A stretch of DNA of 64,000 nucleotides from Octopus vulgaris (GCA_951406725.2 OX597828.1:62434001-62498000); one strand, 5' to 3'. Positions 25,936 to 39,082 are shown, counted from the first letter of the stretch. The notes: a model not told the origin generated them from the sequence alone. Program-made: numbers and translations.

Positions 25936-26866
25936 ACACATAAGCCCCAAAATAACATTAGCTGCAATAATAATATAAACCTTCACATTGGTATGAATAA
26001 AACTAAAGTACCCCCAAAGAACCAATATGAACCCTGTTAATAACAAGAAAATCACGCCATCTAGTCCACATAAACCCTACCAAAGCAACACCAATAAAAC
26101 AGACAAAAGTTACAGGAAAGTGAAACCCAACTATGGAAATAAGCTGGATAGCCGTAACCATAACATCACACGACAAACAAACAAGGAGGGTAGCTTCTAT
26201 ACTAGAAAAAAACAAAAAAAAACAACAAAATAGTGATAAAATCTGGTTCGTAATCCCCTTCACCGTGCACCTCAAATCAAACATAACTTAAACGTTAATA
26301 ATAAATATGCAGAATTATTCAGGTATAAAATTAGAGTAGGTCACAGCCTGACCAATAACTTAGCTACAATCATAGCCTCAATAAATAATAAAAAAAACTA
26401 GACAAATTCTAAGAAACTAGAGAAATTGTGAATAATAAAAATAATAACCAACCAACTAATAGAACTAAGCCCACCACTAATGTAGCGCCTCCTACTAACT
26501 TAGATATAGACCTGAAGAGTAATACACCCCCCACAACATAACACAAACACCTAATAATTTATGTGGTTGCAGGGATAGAACAAAGTGCCATTTCTTAAAT
26601 AGATGCAAGACAAATAACATAGTTTACTAATGTGATGTGCACACAAATAGCCAGATAACATCATATATAGGCGCCACTAAAAACCAAATGATACTGAGAT
26701 ATAACACACACCAATCTAGCTTCAGAAATAGGAGTACGGCAAATTCAACAGGGCTCAGTAGATATATTTGGGAACTTAAGGATAAAAAAATAGATTATAG
26801 ATTAAACTGGCATATACTCGCAAAAACAACCTCATACAACACCACCAATAGATGCTGTGATCTCTG
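25931..26866 (+). mobile_element. Penelope-like retroelement ORF remnant (linker plus GIY-YIG endonuclease), pseudogenised
   Basis: KIWFVIPF, KIRVGHSLTNNLATIIASINNK, then CKTNNIVY*CDV...SYIGATKN...RYNTHQSSF...STGLSRYIWELK...WHIL...CDL; starts right after (TA)n. Confidence 0.85.
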
Positions 26867-27108
26867 GATGTGTAATGTCAGTGTGCACACACGACAGAGT
26901 GTAAGCGCCCTGAGAGAAATGTTGGACATAAAAAGCATCGGATGTGGCATGCAAGAGAGACGTTTGCACTGGTATGGTCATGTACTACAGATGGATGAGG
27001 AGAGATGTGTAAAAAATTGCCACTCCAAACAGTTGAAGGAATCCAGGGTAGAGGTAGACCCAGGAAGACATGGGATGAGGTGGTCAAGCATGACCTTCGA
27101 ACGTTGGG
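26866..27108 (+). mobile_element. RTE-clade LINE ORF C-terminal fragment
   Basis: WMCNVSV...LRE...ERRLHWYGHVLQMD, then after a frameshift GRGRPRKTWDEVVKHDL, typical of the RTE C-terminus. Confidence 0.85.
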
Positions 27109-27114
27109 TTAGGG

Positions 27115-27149
<35 letters not shown>

Positions 27150-27283
27150 TATAAAATCAAAATAAGAAACAAGGATATCCATGTTGGTTATTTTGATTTT
27201 AGTGACCTTACTCTGAAATTGTATGGATAATACTGTACTAAATTATGGTGCTTCAACTTAAGTACCATATTTATCTGAATTTG

Positions 27284-27334
<51 letters not shown>

Positions 27335-28759
27335 ATCATTGTCTTCATCATTGAATGTCCATTTCCCATGCTGGCATCAGTTGGATGATTTGATCTGGCC
27401 AACTGCAGAGCTGTGTTGAACATGTTGTCTGCTTTGGCACGTTTTCTATAGCTGGATGCCTTTCCTAATGCCACCCAAATTACAGTGTGTAGTGCTTTTT
27501 TCCCTTGATAGTGGCACTAGTGAGGTTGCCAAGTAACTTATAGATAAATGTGTGTGTGTCAGTTAGTTGTTAGAATTCTTCCCATGACTGACTTAATTTC
27601 TAACCAAGAAACTGTGCTCCATTGCTGGAAATTGGATGACAACAATAATAATAGTTATCTACAATATGTTACAAAATGAGATGAAACTGGAAAAAGTCTA
27701 TGTGCCGGTAAGTATGGAACCTCTGAATGTTACATCAAATTGTTATCCTTCCAACTTGCCATCCTGTCACATTGTCGACTTTTCAACTTGCCAAACAGTT
27801 AGAATGGTCAGTGACTTGGTCACAGACTTGTCCCTTTATTATAACATTTGAAATCATGCTTTTACATTTTTTTTCTCTTTGACCCTTTAGCATTTTAACC
27901 AGCCATATCCGGTTGAAATATTCTACTTGTTTTATGTTCGCTCGTAAAAAGCACCATCCGATCGTGGCCGTTTGCCAGCCTCGTCTGGCACCTGTGCCAG
28001 TGGCACGTAAAAAGCACCCACTACACTCACGGAGTGGTTGGCGTTAGGAAGGGCATCCAGCCGTAGAAACATTGCCAGATCGGACTGCTGGTGCAGCCTT
28101 CTGGCTTCCCAGACCCCAGTTGAACCATCCAACCCATGCTAGCATGGAAAGCAGATGCTAAACGACTTCTTTGGAGAAGTCTTGTATATTTTTAATGATC
28201 TCACTTATTTGTATTGTATTTGTGAAGTATGTGTTGGCAGGTCGCTTTTGCTGCCCCAAACCCATAGCTTTTTAAATTTATCACTTAGACATTTACTAAC
28301 AAAGCCAGGTGCTTGAATAAATAAATAAAGGAATAAATGTGAATTAATAATCTCAGAAGAGACAACATAGGCTTTGGAAGCATTTCATCATCACCATCAT
28401 CATTTAAAGTCTGCTTTCCATGCTGCCATGGGTTGGATCATTTGACAGGAGCTGGCCAGCCAGGGAGCTGTCTGGGCTCCATTTGTTTGTTTTAGCATGG
28501 TTCCTATAACTGGATGTCCTTCCTAATGCCAACCACTTTACGGTGTGAACTGGGTGCTTTCTACGTGGTACCAACATAGCTGCTTCTACATGGTACCAGC
28601 ATAGCTGCTTCTACATGGTACCAGCATAGCTGCTTTTACATGGTACCAGCACTGGTGTTTACATATGTCACTGGCACATGTGTTTTTCACATGTCATCAG
28701 CACCTGCTAGCCCTCAAGGGAAGGACCTCTCAGTCATCTATAAATATTGTTTTTCACTG

Positions 28760-30350
28760 AATTTGAAAGCAACATTCACCCCTTCAACACAAAACTGCCC
28801 TCTCTGACTGCACTTGGATGTTCTCTTTACTGTTTCAAACAAGCAAATCAGGTTTGTTATGTTTGCATTCGTCAGAGCTTTTCATAAGAACATTTCATCA
28901 CTATCCCGTGTGTTGAGACATATTTCTCTCTCTATGACAGAGATGCTCTCTTTATTTATCCTAGACTACCTTTTCTGCAGATATCATCACATATTGTTTT
29001 TATCAGCAGCAGTCTGTCATAATGGATGGTAGTACCTTGATGTCATTTTAGGGACAGCAGCTGAACCATGTAATGTCTTCCACAGAAATAGGAACTAATC
29101 AATTTTGGTCATATTTTAGAAGATTAAGGGCTTCTTCTGTTTTAATATTTGTGGAATGGATTTTCTCTAAGACAAGTATTGCAAATGTTTGTATCATTAC
29201 TGCATTGTGGGATATTATCATCCATCAGTTCTATGTTGTTGCTTAAAGTCTTGTAAGTCTTGTATAATATTCTTTGGTTGCTCTGTGTTCACAATATCTC
29301 TATACGAGATATTTTCATCCATACCTACCTCTTTGTAGCTCTAATTGTGTGGAACAGGGCAGACAGAGAAATCATTGGATGTAAAGACTGTTGACTAAAT
29401 CTTTTGTGAGCCAATCAGTTTAAGTAACTCCAGCAGCAAGTACTTCTACAAAGTACGCTGACTTTACCAGCCACGAGTGGGAAACAGAATCCAACTTTGC
29501 TCTGTAAATTAAGTCATTTGGTCATAAGGTTCCTGCAACTTGTTCCTTCTTCAGACTTCTCAGCTTTAGTAATCAAAAGTTCTTCAGCATATTCCCATAC
29601 TCTCTTCTTGCCACTTGTCAGCATTTCGATTTCTATCTTCTTGGATCCACAATGATCTTGGAGGAATTGGTTGAGATAGCTTGTGTAAAGCTTCTGTATA
29701 ATGTTTTGGTTAAGTTTTCTTTGAAGTCAGCATTGCTCATATTCTTGGTTACAAGATTCACCCATGCTACGATGAGCCAATCTGGTACTTCAATCTGGCC
29801 TTCTATAGTTCTTTTAAATGTATATACTACTGTTTTGTTTTGTCTTTTTTTTTAAATGCATGTGTCTGGCAAATGGGTTGATGTGAAATAATATGTTAAA
29901 ACAAAAAACAGTATGGAAGATACATATTAGCCATTCAAAAACAGACAAAAGCTGTTAACTTAAGCATTTATTTAGTGACTCATTCCAGTGCAGTGGGGCT
30001 GTGTCAGTGACCAGGTTGCAGATAGTGTGACAAAAGGATTAAATGGAGTTAAGTTTTTGTGAGTTTTTTGAATGGTGAACAAGTGTATTTTATTCTGTAG
30101 AACATCAATGTTTTGTGCCAATATCCAACTTCAGGACCTCTTCTTGGCAGCTTAGTCTCTTACAGCTTTGGTGAAATCTTCAAAGTTGATTTATATAATT
30201 TTAAATGATGTTCATCTGATGTTTGTTTAGTATTCTTCTACGACTGACTGGCCATGATGCATTCTCACACAAATCTTGTGAAGGTTTGGTTCTGACACTT
30301 TGCAGAAACTCATCGTGTCTCTACACACATTGAAGTGTCTTGTGTTTGGT
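28760..30350 (-). mobile_element. Ancient, heavily degraded R4/Dong-like non-LTR retrotransposon
   Basis: Manual minus-strand translation gives RT/RLE-like pieces in the expected order: YWHKTLMFY, IEVPDWLIVAWVNLVTKN, KLYTSYLNQFLQDHC...GKKRVWEYAEELLITK, SYKEVGMDENISY, CKHNKPDLLV. Confidence 0.65.
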
Positions 30351-31184
30351 TGTATTTGATTAAATCAGTTTAATTAAAGAGATGTAACTCTAACTCAAAC
30401 GAATTATAATTATTATAATAAATAGACATCGTTAAAATGAGGAACGAGATGAAGAAGTATTAGTGTCACTAAAATTCACTAAACAAAAAATGATATTCGT
30501 AGAGGAGTTAGTAATAAATATATCTTTATATTTTTCGGTACATTACACACACACACGTGGACAACAAGCTTCTTTCAGTATCTTTTTACGAAATCTATTT
30601 ACGTGGCTTTGGTCAGCCCTGGGCTATATTAGATGACACTTGTCCTTGTCCATGGTGCTGGGCAGTGGGACTGATCCTCTGGTTGAGAAGCAAACATCTT
30701 AAACACAGTCATGCCAGTGCTTCGTGTGTCTGTGAGTATATATAGGTATGTGTGTGTGTATACACACACACACATGTATCATATTACATGAACATACACA
30801 TAGATACTGTATATACTTATATATTATAATGAATTATATAATGTGTGTGTGTGTATATATATATATATGTGTGTGTGTATGTATGTATATATATATATGG
30901 GTGGGGATGTGTGTTTGAATGTCTTGCTGAAAGTTTTAGGAAATTGGTAGCAAGGGTAGATGCTGGGGAATGGTTGTGGGGTGGGGGTTAATGGTAGAAA
31001 TTACATCAGTTATCTGATACCCTGGTGTATGTGTGTATGTTGTTGGATGGCAGTAGATTTCCTGTTTGGTCCTGGCAGGGATGCTGATAGTGTTGATTAT
31101 GATGATGATGATGGTGGTGATGGTGGTGGTGGTGGTGGTGGATAGTATGAGAAGTTGTTTGCCAAATAGCAGCACATTGCTCTT

Positions 31185-31465
31185 CTCTTTCTTTTCTCTC
31201 CTTGTCTTTCTCTTCTACCTTATTTCTCTTTTTCTTTCTTCTCTCTCTCTCTCTCTTTCTCAACTCTATCTTCCCTACTTTCCTCTTTTTCTCTCCTCTC
31301 TCATTTCCTTCTCTCTGCTTATCTCTACTTCCTGTTCTTTATCTTCTTCACTTCTCCCTTTCTCTCTCTCTCTCTCTCTCACTTTTTCAATCAGATCTCT
31401 TCTTTCTTCCTCTTCCCTCTCTCTCTCTCTCTCTACCTCTCTCACTCTCAACCTCTGTCTGTGTG
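31185..31465. repeat. Long polypyrimidine (TC-rich) tract, followed by a G16 run at 31519-31534
   Basis: Directly visible. Confidence 0.85.
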
Positions 31466-31605
31466 TCACCAAGATCAGGTTTCTTCTAAGACAAAATACT
31501 ATTATAGTTGATATAACGGGGGGGGGGGGGGGGGCAGTACACTGACTGAGAGGGGGGGAGGGACAGTGATAAGATGTGAGATAGGAAGTGAAAAAGAGAT
31601 GGAAA

Positions 31606-31639
<34 letters not shown>

Positions 31640-32105
31640 TATGTATAAGCAAAAGGAAAGTTGTGTGTATGTGTATTATTGTGTGTTCATGTATTATTGT
31701 GAGCGTGTGTCTGTAATGGTGTGTGTATGTACAGATGTGGGAGTGTTTATGTATGAATGTGTGTATAGCCGTCGGAGTCTATGTATGTATAAATCTGTGT
31801 GTGTGTGTGCAATCATCTATAAATGTGTTTTTGTGTTTATATATGTATGTCATATATTATGACCGTGTCTGTATATGTATGTATATATCCGTATGTGTGT
31901 ATGTGTTCCTCTCTTAGTAGTGCCTGAATATCGATAGCTGGGGTGTGTATGTATAGACGTGTGTATATATTATAGAGAGATAGATAGATATTTATTTGTA
32001 TATCCATATATGTGTTTGTGTATGTATGTGTTATACACTAAGGCTATTAATATATGTATATATATGTATTGCTGTATATAGGAGTGTCTATGTGGCAATA
32101 GCTGT

Positions 32106-32148
32106 ATATGCTTGTATGTCTACAGGGGCATGTGTGTATGTGTATACA

Positions 32149-32194
<46 letters not shown>

Positions 32195-32275
32195 TATGAA
32201 TGTATATACATACACACACACACATATATGAATGTATATACATACACACATGCCCCTGTAGACATATAAGCATAT
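32106..32275. repeat. Inverted repeat with ~50-bp arms around (TA)n
   Basis: ATATGCTTGTATGTCTACAGGGGCATGTGTGTATG versus CATACACACATGCCCCTGTAGACATATAAGCATAT. Confidence 0.9.
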
Positions 32276-32597
32276 GTGTGTGTGTGTGTGTGAGAGAGAG
32301 ATCTGTGTGCTTATACATGCATCTGTGTGTGTGGGAGTGTACATCTTTATGTATGTATATGTGTCTGTACAGATATATGTTTCATAGTGTCTTGATGAGA
32401 GAAGGGAGGTCCAGTACTGATAAATCCCTTTGTGGCCTCCACCATCGACAGGTATCCTTAGATGATAGCCTGGGTACTTATAACAGAGAAAACCATACAG
32501 AAGGATAAGGCAGAGATAATGGTAACCAAGCAATGCTCTGACCACCACCAAAGAACACCAACAATCCACTTGATGGGGTTTGTTCATTCATTCTTAC

Positions 32598-32624
32598 CTA
32601 GATTCTGTCTTCTTCCAATTTGCA
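32598..32624 (-). CDS. Candidate 27-nt frame-preserving microexon of an unidentified gene
   Basis: Minus strand cctaat (branch point)...ccttttTCAG | TGCAAATTGGAAGAAGACAGAATCTAG | GTAAGA; open in two phases (ANWKKTES or QIGRRQNL). No homology evidence. Confidence 0.4.
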   Translation of the reverse strand, partial: CKLEEDRI

Positions 32625-32795
32625 CTGAAAAAGGTTTCATACATACTGTGATTAGGTTCATACAGGCACACATGATATATAAATATATATATATATATAT
32701 TCAACCGTTATTGTGTCTACCTATCTTCCAAAAGAAAATGAATATAAAGTTAGAAAGTAGGTGACACAAGTGTGTGTGTGTTAAGTTGGTGTTGG

Positions 32796-32840
<45 letters not shown>

Positions 32841-32843
<3 letters not shown>

Positions 32844-32975
32844 CAGCTGTATACATACACACTGGTGTCACTTAATTCTTTCTTACATTATATATACTCC
32901 CTTATATCTGTCTGTGAGTCTATATATATACACACATATATATGTGTGTGTGTGTGTGTATATATGCACATACAC

Positions 32976-33030
<55 letters not shown>

Positions 33031-33277
33031 ATATACATGCACATACACACATACATATATAGTTTGGTAAGTGAAATTGCACAAAAATCTTGGCCCATTT
33101 ATAACTGTTGCTTCTGAATATGTATATAAAAATATTTATGTGTGTGTGTGTATATATATACATATATATATACATACACTCACAGACAGATATAAGGGAG
33201 TATATATAATGTAAGCAAGAATTAGGTGATACCAGTGTGTATGTATGTATATAGATAAATAGATATTACAGCTGAAT
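32841..33277. repeat. Inverted repeat with ~80-bp arms (32841-32919 / 33178-33277)
   Basis: CTTACATTATATATACTCCCTTATATCTGTCTGTGAGT versus ACTCACAGACAGATATAAGGGAGTATATATAATGTAAG, extending to ATTCAGCTGTA / TACAGCTGAAT. Confidence 0.9.
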
Positions 33278-34408
33278 TATATATATACATATATATATGT
33301 GTGTGTGTGTGTATAAATATAAAGCATACATTTAGATGAAGGTAGTGTGAATATTTTTGGGGGTATGTGTGATAGCTGTGCATGTACTTGTATGTGCCAA
33401 AAGTGTATATATGTTTATAAACATTGTGTGTGTGTGTGTGTGTGTCTGTGTGTGCTGAACTTAGAAATAAGGAAGTAAATTCAGAACAGAAGGAAAGAAT
33501 CTCTCTGATAAAATATTTTGCTTTCCTCTTCCAACTTCTGCACCACAGCCCCCCCCCCCCTCTCTCACTTTCTCTCTCTCTTCTTCTCAGCCTCTTTCTC
33601 TGTGTGTGTGTGTGTGTAAAAAAAAAGATATATATATATAAGTGTATACAAATGTATATACAAACACGCAAATCCATGTGTTTATAATTTATGCCGTTTG
33701 TTTATAGTTGTATGTGCTTGTATGTGTCTGTGTGTATATTTGCATATATGTTTATGTGTATATCATATCTATATATATGTAGGTATGTATGCATACATAC
33801 ATATATTTATTTGTATATTTATATATGTATATATATTTATATCTATATATATATACCTTCACAGTATATCTATACATATGTAAATATACATGTTTACACA
33901 CATACACACACACACATACCTACACACATGCAATCATATACGCAATTTGTATACACAAAAGTATCATAAGACTTTTATAAATGCACACAAACGCTCTCTC
34001 TCTCTCATACATACACATATATAAACACACACATACATAAACACGTACACATATATTCACATTAAAATGTGTGTTCTAGGTGCAACAAGAACAACAACAT
34101 CATGGTCATGATTATCACCACCACCCCCCGACGCCACCACCATCGCTATCAGCAGGTCCAGTGGCAATAAAGATGGCCACTGTAGCAGGCAAGGATCAGA
34201 TTTCTTTGCTCATTTTCTAGAAATTTCTTTCAAACACTACACCAACCCAACACTCAATATACACTGGCATGGCAGGCAGGGTATGTGTGTATGTATGTGT
34301 GTGTATGTCTGTATGTGTGTATATTTCTATATCACTGTTCTTTAGTTTATTTCAGTCTGCATGTTCAAGGCCATGCTGGAGTTTCAGTTCTGATTTGTGA
34401 GTGTATTT

Positions 34409-34451
<43 letters not shown>

Positions 34452-35227
34452 ATGTATCCATATTATCTCTGTGCTGTGGCTGTGTGGTAAGAAGTTTGCT
34501 TGCCAACCTCATGGTTCTAGGTTCAGTCCCACTGCATGGCATCTGCTACTAGAATCAACAGGCCAACCAAAACCTAATGAAAGGACTTGGCTGATAGAAA
34601 CTGAAGGAACCCTGGCATGTGTGTGTGTGTCACTGTGTTTATGCTTGCCCCCACCACCACCACCACTTGACAACCAGTGTTGGTTTGTTTATGTCCCTGT
34701 AACTTACAGAATAAGAACCAGACTTAAAATTAAGTACTGGGGTCAATTTGTTTGCCTAAAAACCCTTCAAGCGTGTGTGTGTGTGTTTTAAGGTGGGGGG
34801 TCTGGCTGTGTGGTAAGAAGTTTGCTTTCAGCTGCATGGTTCTGTGTTCAGGCCAGCCAAAGTGAGTGGATTTTGTAAATGGAAACTGTGGAAGCCTCCA
34901 TGTGTGTGTGTGTGTCTGACCCACTACCACCACTTAACAGCCAGTATTGGTTTGTTTCCATCTATGTAACGTAGAATGTATATTCATATATATGTGTGTG
35001 TGTGTGTCTGAGTTTGTCTCTCTCCTACTGCTTGACAACCCATGTTGGTTTGTTTATCTCCCCACAACTCAGAGATTCAGCCAAAGAGGCTGAAAAAGTA
35101 CCAGACTTTTTAAAAAAAAAGCAACGGGGTCGATTTGTTTGGTTAAACCCTCGAAGGCAATGCCCTCAGCATTGAAACAAGCAAAAGAATAACAAATACT
35201 AAGGTGGGGGGAGGGATATTTAAAGGG

Positions 35228-35266
<39 letters not shown>

Positions 35267-35312
35267 ACTGATTTAAAAGATTATGTATGAGAAATATGCA
35301 TAAATATACAAT

Positions 35313-35353
<41 letters not shown>

Positions 35354-35739
35354 GTGTGTTTACATGTATGTAAAAATGTTTTCATCTTACCAAATATGAA
35401 TATATTCTTACAAATAGGTAGATTATAGATAAATATGGAATGGAATGTATTTGAGAGAAACACCTAAATAGGCAGCAGGCTTAGAATAATATATGCAGAT
35501 TCATAAACGTTATGTAAATATACTTTAATACCCATATATGCATGTGTGTGTGTGTGTGTGTATTTATACACACACAAACACACACACACATATATATATA
35601 ATTCGATTAGAGGTTATGTTAGCCTCATATTATGCTCAGGTTGTTGATAATGAGCATTTATCAACTTCACAATCTCCATTTTCTTTTTCTTCCTTTATAT
35701 ATATATATATATATATGTGTGTATGTGTATAAAAATTAT

Positions 35740-35950
35740 ATATAAAAATACAAAATGGGACAAGAACGCAAAATACACAAAGAGACGACACAAAAAACGG
35801 ACGGGTCATTCGAAGCCTCTAATCTTCAGTCAGGAACCGGATCATCCTAGCAAATTTCGGCTGATTAATCCTGATATCGCTCCGATCCGGCCAACCCCAA
35901 GGAAAAACTAAACTGCGAGCATTAGATTTCTTCGAAAAAGGATCGAATGT
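35740..35950 (-). mobile_element. Probable Penelope-like terminal remnant next to a TA/TG array
   Basis: CpG-rich, T-rich 3' end on the minus strand running into TA repeats; contains CGAAA...CTGAAGA boxes. Confidence 0.45.
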
Positions 35951-36520
35951 ATGACCTTTGAACGTTGGGCCTCACAGAGGCAATGACAAAAGACCGAGAC
36001 CTCTGGAGATATGCTGTGATTGAGAAGACCCAGCAAATAAAATTAGACCACAGCTGTAACCTACACCAGTGTTACATAACCAGCCCACTCAAAAGTACCT
36101 TGGATCGTAGGGTGACATGCCGTGCTTGAGGAGACCTATTGAGTCAAGTACATCAAAGTCAAATCAAATCACAATCAAAGGGAAATTGTTGTTGTGATCC
36201 CCATGCCGGTGGCATGTAAAAAGCACCATCAGAATGTGGCCAATGCCAGCGCCATCTTGACTGGCTTCTATGCCGGTGGCACGTAAAAAGCACCATCTGA
36301 TCATGGTTGATGCCAACCCCCTCTGGCCCCTGTGCTGGTGGCACATAAAAAAAAGCACCCACTATACTCGGAGTGGTTAGCGTTAGGAAGGGCATCCAGC
36401 TGTTGAAACACTGCCAGATCAGTCTGGAGCCTGGTGCAACCTCCTGGCTTCCCAGACCCCAGTTGAACTGTCCAACCCATGCCAGCATGGAAAACGGATG
36501 TTAAACGATGATGATTATGA
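35951..36520 (+). mobile_element. RTE-type LINE: last codons plus 3' UTR and (GAT)n tail
   Basis: Encodes ...TLGLTEAMTKDRDLWRYAVIEKT, followed by the same 3' UTR as 19548-19980. Confidence 0.85.
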
Positions 36521-36529
36521 TATATATAT

Positions 36530-37090
36530 GAATGATTTTAAGAGAAAAATTAGGTGAAAGAGACATGAGTTGCAGTATGCAAGAGAGAAGACTAAGCTGG
36601 CATGGTGATGGGATGTGTATAGGTGAGGACAGCTGCATTAAGAAGTACCAATCTTTAATTGTGAAGGGAACCTGTGGAAGGAGTAGACTTAGGAAAACGT
36701 TGGACTTAGGAAAGGATCTTCAGATGTTGGACCTCGCTGAGTAAATGACAAGCGACCACCAAGATTGGCAGTTTGTTGTGCTTGAAAAGACACATGAAGC
36801 AAAGTAAGACCTTGGCTGTCCGTACATACAGGCATGTCGTCTTCTCTCTCTCTCAGCATTGAGGGTTTGTGGGTGCTGGGGTCCCGTAAAAAGCACTCTT
36901 CTTGGTGACACATAAAAAACACTCAGCACGCTCCATAAAGTGGATGGCATTAGGAAGGGTATCCAACCACAAAAACCATCTCAGCAGACAATCGGAGCCC
37001 AGGCAGCTCTCCAGTTGGCCAGTTCTTGTCAAACTGTCCAATCCATGCCAGTATGGAAAACAGGCATTAAATGATGATGATGGTGATGAT
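36530..37090 (+). mobile_element. Older RTE-type LINE 3' fragment
   Basis: LREKLG...MQERRLSWHG...VKGTCGRSRLRKT, family 3' end and (GAT)n tail. Confidence 0.8.
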
Positions 37091-37121
37091 GCATAAGTGT
37101 ATTGATACATGTGCGTGTATA

Positions 37122-37542
37122 TCTTTTACTGGTTTCACTTATTGGATTGCAGTCATGCTGGTGCACCACCTTGCAGGGGGTGAGGGGTAGTCAAACAAAT
37201 CAACCCTAAAACTTTTTTCTTAAGCCTAGTACTTATTGTATCAGTCTCTTTTGCCGAACCACTATGTTACAGGGACATAAACACACCAACACCAGTTGTC
37301 AAGCAGTCGTGGGAGACCCACGCACATACATATATACTGAATGCTTTTTATGTGGCACTGAAATGACCCATCATATATATATATATATATGATCGGCTTC
37401 TTTCAGTTTCCATCTCACAAATCCACTCACAATGTTTTGGTCAGCCCAAGACTATAATAGGAGACACTTGCCCAAGGTGCCTCACAGTGGGATTGAACCT
37501 GGAATCATGTGGTTGGGAAACAAGCTTCTTACCACACAGCCA
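37122..37542 (-). mobile_element. tRNA-derived SINE family 1
   Basis: Colinear with 2891-3285. Confidence 0.8.
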
Positions 37543-37659
37543 AAATAATCTTTGACAATTTTCATTGAAAATCTATGTAAAAAGGATTCTATTCTAAGAA
37601 AAACAGATTTGGAGGGAAACAGTTATATACCTGCCTATATACAAATATAACTGTACATA

Positions 37660-37873
37660 TGAGGGGCGCTGAAAAGCTTCTGGCTTCAAGGGTATCGTGA
37701 AAGGCCTGGTTGGAGACCTAGCCTTCTAGGTTCTTTTACAGGGCTTAGAAAAACCTGAAGGACAGCTACAATAAGTGTGTGAATCTGAGATGGAAATATG
37801 TTGAATAAAATCATAATTACTTGATCCTCTTGTATTTTCTTTTACTCAAATCCAGGAAGTGTTCACCCCCTTC
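37660..37873. mobile_element. Mariner-derived MITE (same family as 17079-17296)
   Basis: TGAGGGGCGCTGAAAAGCTTCTGGCTT ... CCAGGAAGTGTTCACCCCC; body is the reverse complement of the other copy. Confidence 0.75.
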
Positions 37874-38310
37874 TCTGTTTATGTGTGAATGTGTGTGTGT
37901 GTATGGTATTCATGTGTTCATACACACATAGATACAAAAAGGTTATAAGTTTAACCCCTTAGCATTTAAGCCAGCCATATTTGGTGAAAAGTCTAAAATA
38001 TTTTGTGTTGGCAAGAGAAGTACTTTCTCGGTGTTTGTTGAGAGTAGGAGGTTTAGCCAAAAGGATTGCAAAGCTCTCTGTTATGCAAGGATTGCAAAGT
38101 CTTTATTTCCAGAATATGATTTTTAAATAAAATATTTTTATGTTAAATTGATAATTTTTAGTTTTCAAATTCCATTTCTAAGAGAAAAGAGAAGTCATTG
38201 CCATTTGTGTGCATGAGTTTCAGAACATGTGTGTATGCAGGTTGAAATGATGTTCAAATGGTTTAGAAGTCAGACCAATTATTCCTTTAACTGAGTTTGT
38301 ACAGTGCACT

Positions 38311-38354
<44 letters not shown>

Positions 38355-38676
38355 TGTTAATGTACAGACTCCAGCTTCTATCCGTCTTCAGTACTTAGTG
38401 GTAAGAGAGGGTGGTGATGGAGAAATGCATCATACATATGCTTCTCCCATCCAGTTATCTCCACCTCTCAGTTACAATGTATCACCTTGTGGTCCTCAGC
38501 ATCGGACAGGAGTTGTTTTTACTTTTGTAACTGACCAGAAACCTACCTTCCTCTTTGTGTGCATCTATACTTTTTTTTATTTATTTTTGTATTCATATCT
38601 CTTTTTTATGTATGTCCTTGTGTGTCTTTGCATTTGAAAATGTCTTTATTTACATACATACATTTTCATATATATA

Positions 38677-38979
38677 CTAGCAGTATCGCCCGGCGTTGCT
38701 CGGGTTTGTAAGGGAAATAACTATATAAGCATTTTTAGAGAGTTAATTCCCTTATATAATAGCAAAAAAATGCATTAAAAATGGGAAAAAATGATGGTAA
38801 ATTTTTTTTTAAATCGTAGACTCATCATAGACGCGCGCTAATACCCAGAAGGACTCGATATGAATGACGACTATAAGATACCCGCTTTTGGTTAAACTGC
38901 ACCGCAAAATGTGGGAGTAGTTAGGAATCTAAATCGTAGGAGACAGACACTCACACAACTTCACTTTTATATATAAAGA
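38677..38979 (-). mobile_element. Non-autonomous Helitron-type element
   Basis: Minus strand A|TCTTTATATATAAAA ... CCCGAGCAACGCCGGG-N8-CTAG|T. Confidence 0.8.
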
Positions 38980-39043
38980 TATATATTTAAACATAATAAA
39001 ATAGGGTAATAATAAATTATTATTACCAGTAATATTATTATTC

Positions 39044-39082
<39 letters not shown>

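Noticed and set aside
34080-34280. Plus-strand exon-like segment (ttctag| ... AGG|gtatgt)
   Set aside because: Stops in all three frames and the donor merges with a TG repeat; no support beyond the splice-like ends.
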